Positions 41,299 to 50,255 of a DNA stretch of 64,000 nucleotides are shown here, in pieces. Positions within the stretch are counted from its first letter, which is position 1. Each line of letters opens with the position of its first letter. The notes beneath the pieces were generated by a model that searched no databases, was not told where the DNA came from, and saw only the letters and a program-made list of their open reading frames with translations. The stretch is from Candidatus Bathyarchaeota archaeon (lineage in GTDB: Archaea > Thermoproteota > Bathyarchaeia > Bathyarchaeales > Bathycorpusculaceae): NCBI GenBank assembly GCA_963767735.1, contig CAVYES010000002.1, positions 1-64,000 of the forward strand, given 5' to 3'. The position numbers and the translations under genes were made by a program.

Positions 41299-41434
41299 GA
41301 AACTCAGCTAAATAGTTTAAACGGTAAACGTATAAAGTTTTACTTTCACTCACCCCTCCCCTGCTCCAAACATCAGTTTCCTCAACCACCTTAAAAGCAA
41401 TAAATGCTAAAGCAGTATTTCAGAGGTAAGATTC

Positions 41435-41572
41435 ATGGAGCATTGTAAAAATCCTTGGAAAGACGACTGTAAAAGCGAAAACATAAAACTATATATTCAG
41501 ATAAAGGGCGAAAACCTGCCCATCTGTCAACAATGCTGGAGCAAAATAGCTGACCAAGAACAAGAGTGGTGA
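41435..41572 (+). CDS. 45-aa four-Cys zinc-finger microprotein (not in ORF track)
   Basis: MEHCKNPWKDDC...LPICQQCWSKIAD..QEW; GAGGT SD upstream. Confidence 0.75.
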   Translation: MEHCKNPWKDDCKSENIKLYIQIKGENLPICQQCWSKIADQEQEW

Positions 41573-41579
41573 AAAGGCA

Positions 41580-41817
41580 ATGGAGAACTTTAGCATTAAC
41601 AGCGCCAAATCGTACATTGGAAAAAACGTGAACCTGCACTTAAAGGATGGAGCCGTAATAATAAACGTGCATTTAATCGGAATCCGTAAGGGCTCAGGAA
41701 AAAACAATCTCATTGAGTACACTCCGCAGCTAAACCGCAGAAGCACCCGCATACCGTTGCGGGTACGTCGCTTGGGCTGAACTTTTAAATTCAAATTTGC
41801 TGCAAAGAGCCGCCTAA
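41580..41817 (+). CDS. small Sm/LSm-like protein, frameshifted near 41762
   Basis: YIGKNVNLHLKDG Sm1-like motif; continues RIPLR/VAWAELLN...AA* in another frame. Confidence 0.6.
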
Positions 41818-41869
41818 AATGTTTGCATGCAAGATAAAAGCAAAAATATAACCAGAATACTTCAAGCTT

Positions 41870-42250
41870 ATGCGTTGTTCAAATTGCGGTGTCTGTTGCA
41901 CAGAAACTGAAATGCTTCTATCTGAAAAAGACATCACTCGCTTAGAAAAGAAAGGCTTAAGCAAAAGCTGCTTCGTGAAATACGACAAGCAAGGCTACGC
42001 GCAACTCAAAAACCGAAAAGGCTACTGCGTTTTTTACGATGCAAAGAAATGCCAATGTAGTGTTTACACTGATAGACCCTCAGGCTGTCGAGTTTACCCT
42101 GTTATATTGGATGAAGAAAAAGGGATAGTTTTAGACGAAATCTGTGATTCAAGGAACACAATTACATTAAAAGAAAAAAAAACGAAGGGCAAAAAAGTAA
42201 TCAGGCTTTTAGAGAGAATCGATAACGAAGCGGCAAACAGGCGCTCTTAG
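41870..42250 (+). CDS. YkgJ-family cysteine-cluster protein
   Basis: CSNCGVCC...CVFYD...C.VY..RPSGCRVYP. Confidence 0.9.
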   Translation: MRCSNCGVCCTETEMLLSEKDITRLEKKGLSKSCFVKYDKQGYAQLKNRKGYCVFYDAKKCQCSVYTDRPSGCRVYPVILDEEKGIVLDEICDSRNTITLKEKKTKGKKVIRLLERIDNEAANRRS

Positions 42251-42268
42251 CTCGTTCGAAAAATAAGT

Positions 42269-42442
42269 TTAGGTCTTGCTGCTTTGTGCAAGTTTGCATT
42301 GAGAACAAGTTATTTTTGTGTCTTTTTTATCCTCAGCTTCTTTCCTTGTTATTACGCTGGTGCTTACGAGCTTGCTACAGCAATCACAGAAAAATTGTAC
42401 TTCAGCAACACGGTCGTTAGATTGAAGAACCTTAATAACCAC
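42269..42442 (-). CDS. 57-aa zinc-finger microprotein (not in ORF track)
   Basis: GTG start overlapping the upstream TAG; ...FFCDCC...ITCSQC. Confidence 0.6.
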   Translation of the reverse strand: MVIKVLQSNDRVAEVQFFCDCCSKLVSTSVITRKEAEDKKDTKITCSQCKLAQSSKT

Positions 42443-42591
42443 TATTGTTTGCCTTCTTTAGCACCTTTATCCTTAGCAAGCAAGAATTCAACGTATTCTC
42501 TCATATTACGGTTTGATTCTTGGGCTCTTTTTTTAAGGTCTTCGTGAACTTTGTCTGTAACAGTTATGCATTTGTATCCTTTTCGCGGCAA
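42442..42591 (-). CDS. 49-aa ribbon-helix-helix DNA-binding protein (not in ORF track)
   Basis: TTG start with GAGGAG SD; MPRKGYKCITVTDKVHEDLKKRAQESNRNMREYVEFLL. Confidence 0.75.
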   Translation of the reverse strand: MPRKGYKCITVTDKVHEDLKKRAQESNRNMREYVEFLLAKDKGAKEGKQ

Positions 42592-42892
42592 AACGAACAA
42601 TCTCCTCTTCCGTACTTTACCGTACTATAGAATATATAATTAACGGTCTCCTCCCTATCGTTAAACCCTATAAGAAGGGTCTATGTAAAGAGCGCTTAAA
42701 CCAAATTGTAAATTTCTGGTCCTAGCAAAAGCTGGTTGAATGCTTAATAGTTTTATCTTTATTTTTGCATATAATGTTTTGATTTGGCATGGCCATTCAT
42801 AGTCTGCTAACTCGCTTTGCCATTAAGTTTCTCGGGTTTAATTCAATAAGTTTATTAGTTCTGTACGTCCAAAGTGGAACTCGGGGAACAGT

Positions 42893-43114
42893 GTGAACAG
42901 GGGACAGGCGATAACTCTGCTAACGGATTTATGCTTAAAAGAGAAGATAGTTCAACCGAATTTCGTTATTATCGAACAGCGAGGACCCGGACCGACGCAT
43001 ACCAATTGAAAATTAAAGAGATATTATGACAGCGAATCAGTTAAGAAGTTTGTTCAAAAAAAGAATTTTTCAGTCGAAGAAGACAAAGATAAAAATTATT
43101 TACTTATTTTTTAA
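42893..43114 (+). pseudogene. small hypothetical protein, frameshifted
   Basis: MNRGQAITLLTDL...QPNFVIIEQRGP/DAYQLKIK/YDSESVKKFVQKKNFSVEEDKDKNYLLIF* pieced from several frames. Confidence 0.45.
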
Positions 43115-43382
43115 TTCCTTACTTTTGAGAAGAGAGCTTTCTCAGAGGAATTCTAAAGTTTATTTTAAAAACTTGGTTAACTGAGAAAATGAGTGCTGAA
43201 AAATGAGCGACCAAATAAACCCCAAAAACTTGCGCAATTTAGTTAAACTGCGAAAATCTATCTTATCATTACCTTAACGGTTTAACCATATCTCTATAAT
43301 TACTTATACAAGTCAGCGCTTTTACCGCATGAGTTATATAAATGTACGTTCGCTAACTATAATTAATTAAGAGGGAAACAAA

Positions 43383-43577
43383 ACGCCGAAAAAAGGCTTT
43401 AAAAGCATCACCGTAAAAGCTGAGGTGTACGATTACTTTTTTAACGAGTGGCTAAAGGTCAAAGAGGAATATGCAATTAAAAAAGGCATTCATAGCTTCT
43501 CAGCCTACGTTACATATCTCTTAGCTGAACTGATAAACGAAGAAAAGAAACGAAAAAGTGAAAATAAGCATTGTTAG
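43383..43577 (+). CDS. ribbon-helix-helix-like protein with ACG start (not in ORF track)
   Basis: (M)PKKGFKSITVKAEVYDYF...KGIHSFSAYVTYLL; GAGGG SD and TTATATAAA box upstream. Confidence 0.7.
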   Translation, partial: TPKKGFKSITVKAEVYDYFFNEWLKVKEEYAIKKGIHSFSAYVTYLLAELINEEKKRKSENKHC

Positions 43578-43631
43578 AAGCCCTACATCTTTAAATAATT
43601 CTTGAGATGACTTGTCAACGGTGAAATTGAA

Positions 43632-44633
43632 ATGCCATGCACGGTAATTGTCGGTGCCTTCTGGGGAGACGAAGGCAAAGGAAAAATAATCTCATATTTA
43701 GCCCTCAAAGACAAACTTGATTTCTGCGTCAGAACAGGCTCAGTAAATGCAGCACACACCGTATGGTACGAAGGCAAAAAATACGCTCTGCACATGGTTC
43801 CTGCAGCCTTCTTAAACCCTCAAACACGACTACTCATTGCAGCTGGTGCGAACATCCATGTTCAGAAATTTTTTGAAGAAGTAGAACTCACAAAGGTGCA
43901 GGGTAGGATAGGTGTAGATCAGAACGCTTCAATAATTGAGGAAAAGCACAGCGCCCAAGACAAAGCAAGCGCCGTCAACAAAGGCATTGGAACCACAGGT
44001 TGGGGTGTTGGACCAGCAATTGAAGAACGTGTCCGACGGACAGCAAAACTAGCCAAAGACATCCCTGAGTTGAAGTTGTACCTTGCTGACCAAGTGAGGG
44101 AAGTAAACGATGGCTTAGATGAAGGCAAAAAAGTGCTTCTTGAAGGCACTCAGGGCTTCATGCTGTCACTGTTTTTGAGCGGCGGCTATCCATACGTTAC
44201 TGGAAGAGATACGGGCGCATCAGCTATCGCTTCAGAAGCAGGAGTTGGACCAACAAGAGTTGACGACGTTCTAATTGTTTACAAATCGTTTATAACACGA
44301 GTTGGCGCCGGACCGTTACCTGGAGAAATAACAAAAGAGGAAGCGCAGAAAAGAGGCTGGTTTGAAGTGGCCGCTGGAACAGGCAGAGACCGACGCTCAG
44401 CACCATTTGATTTCGATTTAGCAAGGAAAACTGCTAAGATAAACGGTGCCACACAAGCAGCAATGACAAAACTAGATAGCCTTTTCCCAAACTGCAGGGG
44501 TGCCAAAAAATACAGTGACCTGCCCAAAGAAGCAAAAGACTTCATACAAGAAGTTGAAGACAAAACAGGAGTGCCGGTCGATTTAATAGGCACAGGACCA
44601 GAGGCCATGGAGATCATAGACCGCAGAAAATAG
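43632..44633 (+). CDS. purA: adenylosuccinate synthetase (short archaeal form)
   Basis: GAFWGDEGKGK, NAAHT, GTTG.GVGP, EGTQG, YPYVT, TRVG.GP, TKLD. Confidence 0.96.
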   Translation: MPCTVIVGAFWGDEGKGKIISYLALKDKLDFCVRTGSVNAAHTVWYEGKKYALHMVPAAFLNPQTRLLIAAGANIHVQKFFEEVELTKVQGRIGVDQNASIIEEKHSAQDKASAVNKGIGTTGWGVGPAIEERVRRTAKLAKDIPELKLYLADQVREVNDGLDEGKKVLLEGTQGFMLSLFLSGGYPYVTGRDTGASAIASEAGVGPTRVDDVLIVYKSFITRVGAGPLPGEITKEEAQKRGWFEVAAGTGRDRRSAPFDFDLARKTAKINGATQAAMTKLDSLFPNCRGAKKYSDLPKEAKDFIQEVEDKTGVPVDLIGTGPEAMEIIDRRK

Positions 44634-44779
44634 CACTTTTATTAATTTTTCCAATTTGAACGTACGTTCGCAATGTAGCCTGTACCAGAACAGCACTCAA
44701 AAATGGTGCACGGCTGAGCATTTTTACTCGGTTAAGTAATTGTCTTTGCTGAACAGGTAGCTCAAATCTATTTTGCTAA

Positions 44780-45049
44780 TTATGTTGATCGTGTTTTTAT
44801 CGCTTCTTTTTCACGCCTTATGTCAAAATGATCTCTTTCTACAGCCTGATTAACTATGGTTCGACAATAGCATTCTGAACAATAATGCTTTTCATCAATT
44901 TCATAAAGCGTGGTTGACACAGTACCAATCGGTTGATTGCAACTTGAACACAGTATAAACTTTTTTTCTCCGTCACCCGTTTTTTGGCTCGGTTCCGTTT
45001 GTGTTCCAAAAACATTCGTTTGTTTGAAAAACTTATTGTCCCAACTCAC
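44780..45049 (-). CDS. small zinc-finger protein
   Basis: CSSC...YCSEC; GGAG SD upstream of the GTG start. Confidence 0.65.
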   Translation of the reverse strand: MSWDNKFFKQTNVFGTQTEPSQKTGDGEKKFILCSSCNQPIGTVSTTLYEIDEKHYCSECYCRTIVNQAVERDHFDIRREKEAIKTRST

Positions 45050-45303
45050 AATTTCATTCTCCTTAAATTGAGACTAGATATTTATCACATGATTAATTAA
45101 AAAGCTTTTTCATTTTCTCCAGATAAATCAGCTTCTGCGTCCATAAGCAGATAAAAAAGAGGTTGAAAAGGAAGTTGGCTAACGAAATAGCTTCCTTTTT
45201 GATTGAAGAATAAATAAAAATGGTTCTGAAGACCCGAAAGCAACCTGAAAATTTGCCTTCATCTAACACTTTTTATGCTGGCATAATCATAATTTAAACA
45301 GGC

Positions 45304-45942
45304 TTGCTTTTAATGACGGTAAAGGAAGCATTATCTAAACTTCAAAGTTACTCCCATGAGCTTGGGCTCGACTTATCTAAACCTGAGGATAGGTTTAAAT
45401 GGTTCTTAGCCTCGGTTCTTTTTGCCAAAAGAATCTCAGCTCAAACCGCTAAAGAGACTTATCTTTATTTTGAACAAGATGAGCTGACAAGCCCTGATGC
45501 CATATTAGAAGCCGGATGGGATCGCCTCGTGGAAGTTCTTGATTCTGGCGGTTACACTAGATATGACTTTTCAACAGCCACAAATCTTCTGGGAATCCTA
45601 AAAAATCTTAAAGAAAAGTACGGTAACCTCGAACGGCTCAATGGAGAATCAAGCAGTCCCGCAGATTTGGAGAGGCGCCTGCAAGAGTTCAAAGGAGTTG
45701 GTCCCGTAGGAGTAAACATATTCCTAAGGGAACTGTGGGGAATCTGGGTAAGAGCGAAACCGAAGCCTTCCCCAATGGCAGTTGCTATGGCACAAAAGAT
45801 TGGTCTAAACTCGGAAGATGTGGAACGCTATGAATCCCAACTTGTTCGCTTAAGTCTTGAGTACTGCAAGAAACATCGAACCTCAGAATGCCCCCTTCAA
45901 GACAAATGCCCTGACAAGGTAGGAACTAGAACCGCCAATTGA
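45304..45942 (+). CDS. HhH-GPD superfamily DNA glycosylase-like protein
   Basis: FKWFLASVLFAKRIS, GGYTRYD, HhH motif FKGVGPVG..IFLRE, C-terminal Cys residues. Confidence 0.8.
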   Translation: MLLMTVKEALSKLQSYSHELGLDLSKPEDRFKWFLASVLFAKRISAQTAKETYLYFEQDELTSPDAILEAGWDRLVEVLDSGGYTRYDFSTATNLLGILKNLKEKYGNLERLNGESSSPADLERRLQEFKGVGPVGVNIFLRELWGIWVRAKPKPSPMAVAMAQKIGLNSEDVERYESQLVRLSLEYCKKHRTSECPLQDKCPDKVGTRTAN

Positions 45943-46056
45943 ATTTGCTATAACAGTTAGGGAAATTGAGGGGAAGTCGAAATTTTTGAATAACAATCTA
46001 AATAAGGGTATTTATTTTAGAGTAACATTGGAAATTGCCTGATAAGCTGTGAATGA

Positions 46057-46755
46057 ATGAGTAGGAAAACGATTTATTTTCAGCATAGTTTTCTGTTCTT
46101 CGCAGTTTTACTAGCGTTATTGCTTGTTGTTGTGGGCTTAGTTTTTTTTGGAGCCATAAGTATTGCGTTCAAAAATATTGGTTTCACTCCTTTGACTATC
46201 TTTCTGATTTTAGTCGGAACTTTGATTGGCAGCTTCATCAACATTCCGTTAGTTAAACTAAAAACAACCATACCCATGATCCGAGATGAAACCGTCAACT
46301 GGTTTGGCATAACGTACCGCATCCCTCAAGTTGAGTATGGAGAAACCGTCACATTAGTTGCAGTTAACGTTGGGGGCGCTTTGATACCAACCGGCGTCTG
46401 CGTTTACTTGCTCATCAAATCGGCACCCTCAATGATTTTCCTCTGCCTCATCGGCGTATTAGCGGTTGCATTTATAACGCATTTAGTGGCCCGACCAGTA
46501 AAAGGCGTAGGAATAACCACTCCAATATTCATTCCTCCAATAGCCGCAGCAGTAACCGCCCTCATTCTTTCACCTGCACATCCAATAACAATCGCCTACG
46601 TGTCAGGAGTACTTGGAACACTCATAGGCGCTGACCTACTGAACCTTCGAAAAATACCTAAGCTGGGTGCACCAGTTGCGAGCATCGGCGGAGCAGGCAC
46701 CTTCGACGGCGTATTCTTAACAGGCATAATCGCTGTACTTCTCGCCGGATTGTAA
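46057..46755 (+). CDS. DUF1614-family membrane protein
   Basis: GS.INIP, AVNVGGALIP, GTLIGADLLNL, SIGGAGTFDG.FL. Confidence 0.88.
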   Translation: MSRKTIYFQHSFLFFAVLLALLLVVVGLVFFGAISIAFKNIGFTPLTIFLILVGTLIGSFINIPLVKLKTTIPMIRDETVNWFGITYRIPQVEYGETVTLVAVNVGGALIPTGVCVYLLIKSAPSMIFLCLIGVLAVAFITHLVARPVKGVGITTPIFIPPIAAAVTALILSPAHPITIAYVSGVLGTLIGADLLNLRKIPKLGAPVASIGGAGTFDGVFLTGIIAVLLAGL

Positions 46756-46881
46756 AGACGAACTTGCTGCTTTGAGAGCCTGCGGAAACATCAACAGATT
46801 ACGTGGATCAAACCAATAATAGAGAAACTTAAAAAAATGAAAGCAATTTCAATCAAGTGCTTTTCCTAAACCATTCACCAA

Positions 46882-47770
46882 TTAATGAAGGGGAAGAATT
46901 ACCAGACCTGTGATTAATCCGCCTGCTAACCCTAGCATAATTGGGAAAGGCAAGCCAGGAAAGATTCCTTTTCGCTCAAGCATGAAAAACGTTATGATTG
47001 AACCTGCCATAATGCCCACTATTGATACTATGCACGGTAGAATACTGGGTAAGAAACTGAAGAACATGGCTCCAGTCAGCATGGAGTAGAACACTAAGTC
47101 GCCCAGCCCCATCTCAATATCTTTAAAGGCGAAGCTCAAACCCTGAAGCTGTTCCATGCCCCCTGAGGACTGAGCAATTTTACCCACTGGACCACGATAA
47201 ACCGCAAACACATCATACGCTGCCAAAAACGCCAAAATCAACACTGCACTCCACAGTCCGCTATATAGTGAAATTTCGAAGCCGAAGAAGATACCTAATG
47301 CACCACCAATCCCGACTACTGCTAAGTTTCTCGGTATGCTGCCGAAACGGAAAATCGCAAGGTCAAACAGAACTGTTATGGCTAAGCAGGAACCTATTAG
47401 TACGGGCAAAATATCCAAATTTGGAAAATAAGTGGAAAAGATTGCGTTCAAGTATTCCAGCGACAACAACAAAGACGCAGCGGTCATGGCAACAACAATT
47501 AATCCTTTGATGATATTTTTGCTTCGCCGCTTAATTAAAAGATAAAAAACTACTGCACTTATTGCACACAATAACAACAAAGTAGAGGGCATTGGCCAAC
47601 GGTGCTGCAGGAGTGCTGTTAGGAATAGGCGTAACTGGGATTGCCGTTGAGCGTATCGTTGGCGGCATCAGCAGGTAAGCGCAGCCTAAACCGAAAACAA
47701 GGCTTGCCAGTATCGGAACCAAATAAACAATTTGAAACTTGAACTTGTCCAGTTTATCCTGATCAGACAC
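46882..47770 (-). CDS. presenilin/SPP-family intramembrane aspartyl protease, frameshifted near 47570
   Basis: Catalytic YD (AAYDVFAV), GLGD and PAL-like PGLP motifs. Confidence 0.88.
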
Positions 47771-47776
47771 AGGTAC

Positions 47777-48328
47777 TTACCCTAAATTGTTAATAGCTAA
47801 CGCCGCTTGCAAATAACATTCGTCACACAATAAGCTTTGCTTTTTATCTGTATCAAAAATAGAATTAGAAAAATGCATAACACAAAAGCTTCTCGGACAA
47901 TGCGGCAAACCCAACGTGTGCCCCAACTCGTGAATGGACTCTTTTAAAGCCCGCAACATAAAAACATTCTCGCCTGCATTTTCACCGTAAAACTTTGGCT
48001 TAAGTCTCCATAACGAAATCAAAGCAGCCCTCCCAGGTGTGTATGCTTCACCAAACACATAGTTCAATTCAGGCACAAAAATGTCAATATCAACTACGCC
48101 CAAAATCCCCTGAAACTTCTCGTGTTTAGAGGCGTAAGCCCTGATTTCATTAAGAATCAAGCTGGAACTATACTGGTTACGTTTCTTATTAAAAGCCACT
48201 TTGGGAACAGGCAAACTTTTCGTAATAATCATGCAAGAGGTATCAGGAAAAGTTTTAACTAAACCCTGCTGTAGCCCAACCAGCACTTCAGGAGCTATTT
48301 CTCCAACAGGCAAAATACCAATCTTCAT
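47777..48328 (-). CDS. amzA: archaemetzincin
   Basis: HELGHTLGLPHC...CVMHFSNS..DTD.K...CDEC; likely start MKIG at 48328. Confidence 0.93.
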   Translation of the reverse strand: MKIGILPVGEIAPEVLVGLQQGLVKTFPDTSCMIITKSLPVPKVAFNKKRNQYSSSLILNEIRAYASKHEKFQGILGVVDIDIFVPELNYVFGEAYTPGRAALISLWRLKPKFYGENAGENVFMLRALKESIHELGHTLGLPHCPRSFCVMHFSNSIFDTDKKQSLLCDECYLQAALAINNLG

Positions 48329-48338
48329 AACAAACAGC

Positions 48339-49595
48339 CTATATCTCGTAGGTTTCTCCAGTTCTCGGGGCAACAGCATCCAACCCTAACTCAGTTTTCG
48401 CCCAATTCGCCAAAAGTTCACAGTTACCCTCGGCGCCGTGAACACAGAAAACTTTAGGTTTACCTCCAAGCCGCCGCAGCCCTTCCTTGAGCTGGCTTGC
48501 ACCGCAATGGGAAGAGAAATCAAAATGGCGATACTGCGCCTTAACCTTGCTTACTTTTCCATCAATCGTGGTGACTCCTTTATCCATTAGTTGTTTGCCA
48601 GGTGTCCCCGGAATCTGATAACTAACTAGGAAAATGGAGTTATTTGCCTTCTTAGCTATCTTTGAAAGATAAAACTGTGATGGACCACCCTTCAACATCC
48701 CTGCAGGCGAAATAACTAGCCCCGGATCCTTTGCGGCTCTTCGCCTATCACGCCAGCCATCAACCCAATCCAGCGAGTGTATAGCATTCACAAAAAGCCT
48801 CGGGTCCCTTAGGAACTCTTTGTGATCCATGATTATTCGGCTAGCTTCCCGAGCCATCCCATCCAAAACGACGGGATATTCAAAATGATGCGCCGCCAAA
48901 ACACAAGCAATCTCCTGCGCGCGCCCCACACCGAACGCCGGCACCAGAACAGTTCCGCCTCGCTCAACCACCTCAGTCGCCGCCTCAACAAAATTCTTCT
49001 CAAGCTCGGGGCGAGGCGTATGATCTTCACTTGCATAAGTGCTTTCAGTGACAACTGCATCTAAATCTCCATAATCCATCGTTGCGCCCTTTAGCAATTT
49101 GCTGTCTTCCATGTTGTAGTCGCCAGTAAAAAGAATTTTCTCGCCATCTGCCTCAATAAGCACCTGAGCGCTCCCAGGCGTATGACCAGCATCGACCAGT
49201 TTAACCTTCATGTCACCGATAGCTTCTTCGACACCAAAATCTAAATGCCTATTGTTATGCATCATGGCGTCAAGCTCAAGATACTCAAAAGGCAAATAGT
49301 AACCAGACAAATGAATAAAATCTTGAACCAGAACCTGCGTTAACTCCAAATTAAGCCTGTTCGTGTACAGCGGCTTCTTATCGTTAATATAAAACATCGG
49401 TATAGCACCTGAATGGTCAAGATGGCTGTGAGTTAAAATTATCCCGTCAACTTCCTTCGGCGGAACATGCATTGGAAACCCCGGCTCATGGTCAAGCATG
49501 ACACCGTAATCCATCACGACCTTACTTTTCTGTGACTTAACAGTTATAGCCATTCTGCCAACTTCTCTTGCGCCGCCTAAAAATCCAACCTGCAA
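48339..49595 (-). CDS. beta-CASP metallo-beta-lactamase ribonuclease (aCPSF2-like, no KH domains)
   Basis: LGGAREVGR, THSHLDH, AGHTPGS, TGD, ESTY, GRAQE, FSSH, VHG. Confidence 0.9.
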   Translation of the reverse strand: MQVGFLGGAREVGRMAITVKSQKSKVVMDYGVMLDHEPGFPMHVPPKEVDGIILTHSHLDHSGAIPMFYINDKKPLYTNRLNLELTQVLVQDFIHLSGYYLPFEYLELDAMMHNNRHLDFGVEEAIGDMKVKLVDAGHTPGSAQVLIEADGEKILFTGDYNMEDSKLLKGATMDYGDLDAVVTESTYASEDHTPRPELEKNFVEAATEVVERGGTVLVPAFGVGRAQEIACVLAAHHFEYPVVLDGMAREASRIIMDHKEFLRDPRLFVNAIHSLDWVDGWRDRRRAAKDPGLVISPAGMLKGGPSQFYLSKIAKKANNSIFLVSYQIPGTPGKQLMDKGVTTIDGKVSKVKAQYRHFDFSSHCGASQLKEGLRRLGGKPKVFCVHGAEGNCELLANWAKTELGLDAVAPRTGETYEI

Positions 49596-49647
49596 TCAAA
49601 CCAATCCTTGTGTTAACAGTTAACGGTTAAAAATGAACTGTGCTGTT

Positions 49648-50253
49648 TTAAATATGTATTGACCCTCTTGCGGCCTGTGCTAATACTGAACCCTTCTTAA
49701 TCGCCCTTAAAACGGCGTCAACATCTAAAGAAGCATCAATCTTCGAGCAAACACTAAACAACTCTGACAATTGATGAGCATCGCTACCAGCTGTACCAGG
49801 TAAACTCATACTTTTGGCAAGCTCCTTGGCCTGGTTATTTGCCACTGCCGTTGACCCGCCATTTAAGACCTCAATTGCGTCGACCTTGTAGTTTCTCGCT
49901 AAATCGCCCATGCCATACACACGATAAGGATGCGCCACAATAGAAACCCCGCCTATGCTTTTTGCGTAATCAACCACACCTTCAGGCTTCCAAGGTCTCG
50001 GCGGCAACTCCTCAGCGCCCAAAACCAACATATCGCCTTGTGGCGTGCTGATTTCGACGCCTGGAATAATCAAAATGTCAGTATAAGCCGAAGCCAACTC
50101 AACCGTAGCCTTGCAGCCTCTTACGCTGTCATGATCGGTTACAGCTGCAACCTTAATGAAACTGTGAGCTACAAGCTGGTCAACCAAAGTTTTCGGCTGA
50201 ATAAGGGAATCACTAGAATAAACAGTGTGAATATGTAAGTCAGCTTGAATCAA
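49648..50253 (-). CDS. PHP-domain phosphoesterase
   Basis: DLHIHT..SSD, TDHD, GVE, AHPY, GSDAH. Confidence 0.92.
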   Translation of the reverse strand: MIQADLHIHTVYSSDSLIQPKTLVDQLVAHSFIKVAAVTDHDSVRGCKATVELASAYTDILIIPGVEISTPQGDMLVLGAEELPPRPWKPEGVVDYAKSIGGVSIVAHPYRVYGMGDLARNYKVDAIEVLNGGSTAVANNQAKELAKSMSLPGTAGSDAHQLSELFSVCSKIDASLDVDAVLRAIKKGSVLAQAARGSIHI

Positions 50254-50255
50254 GG

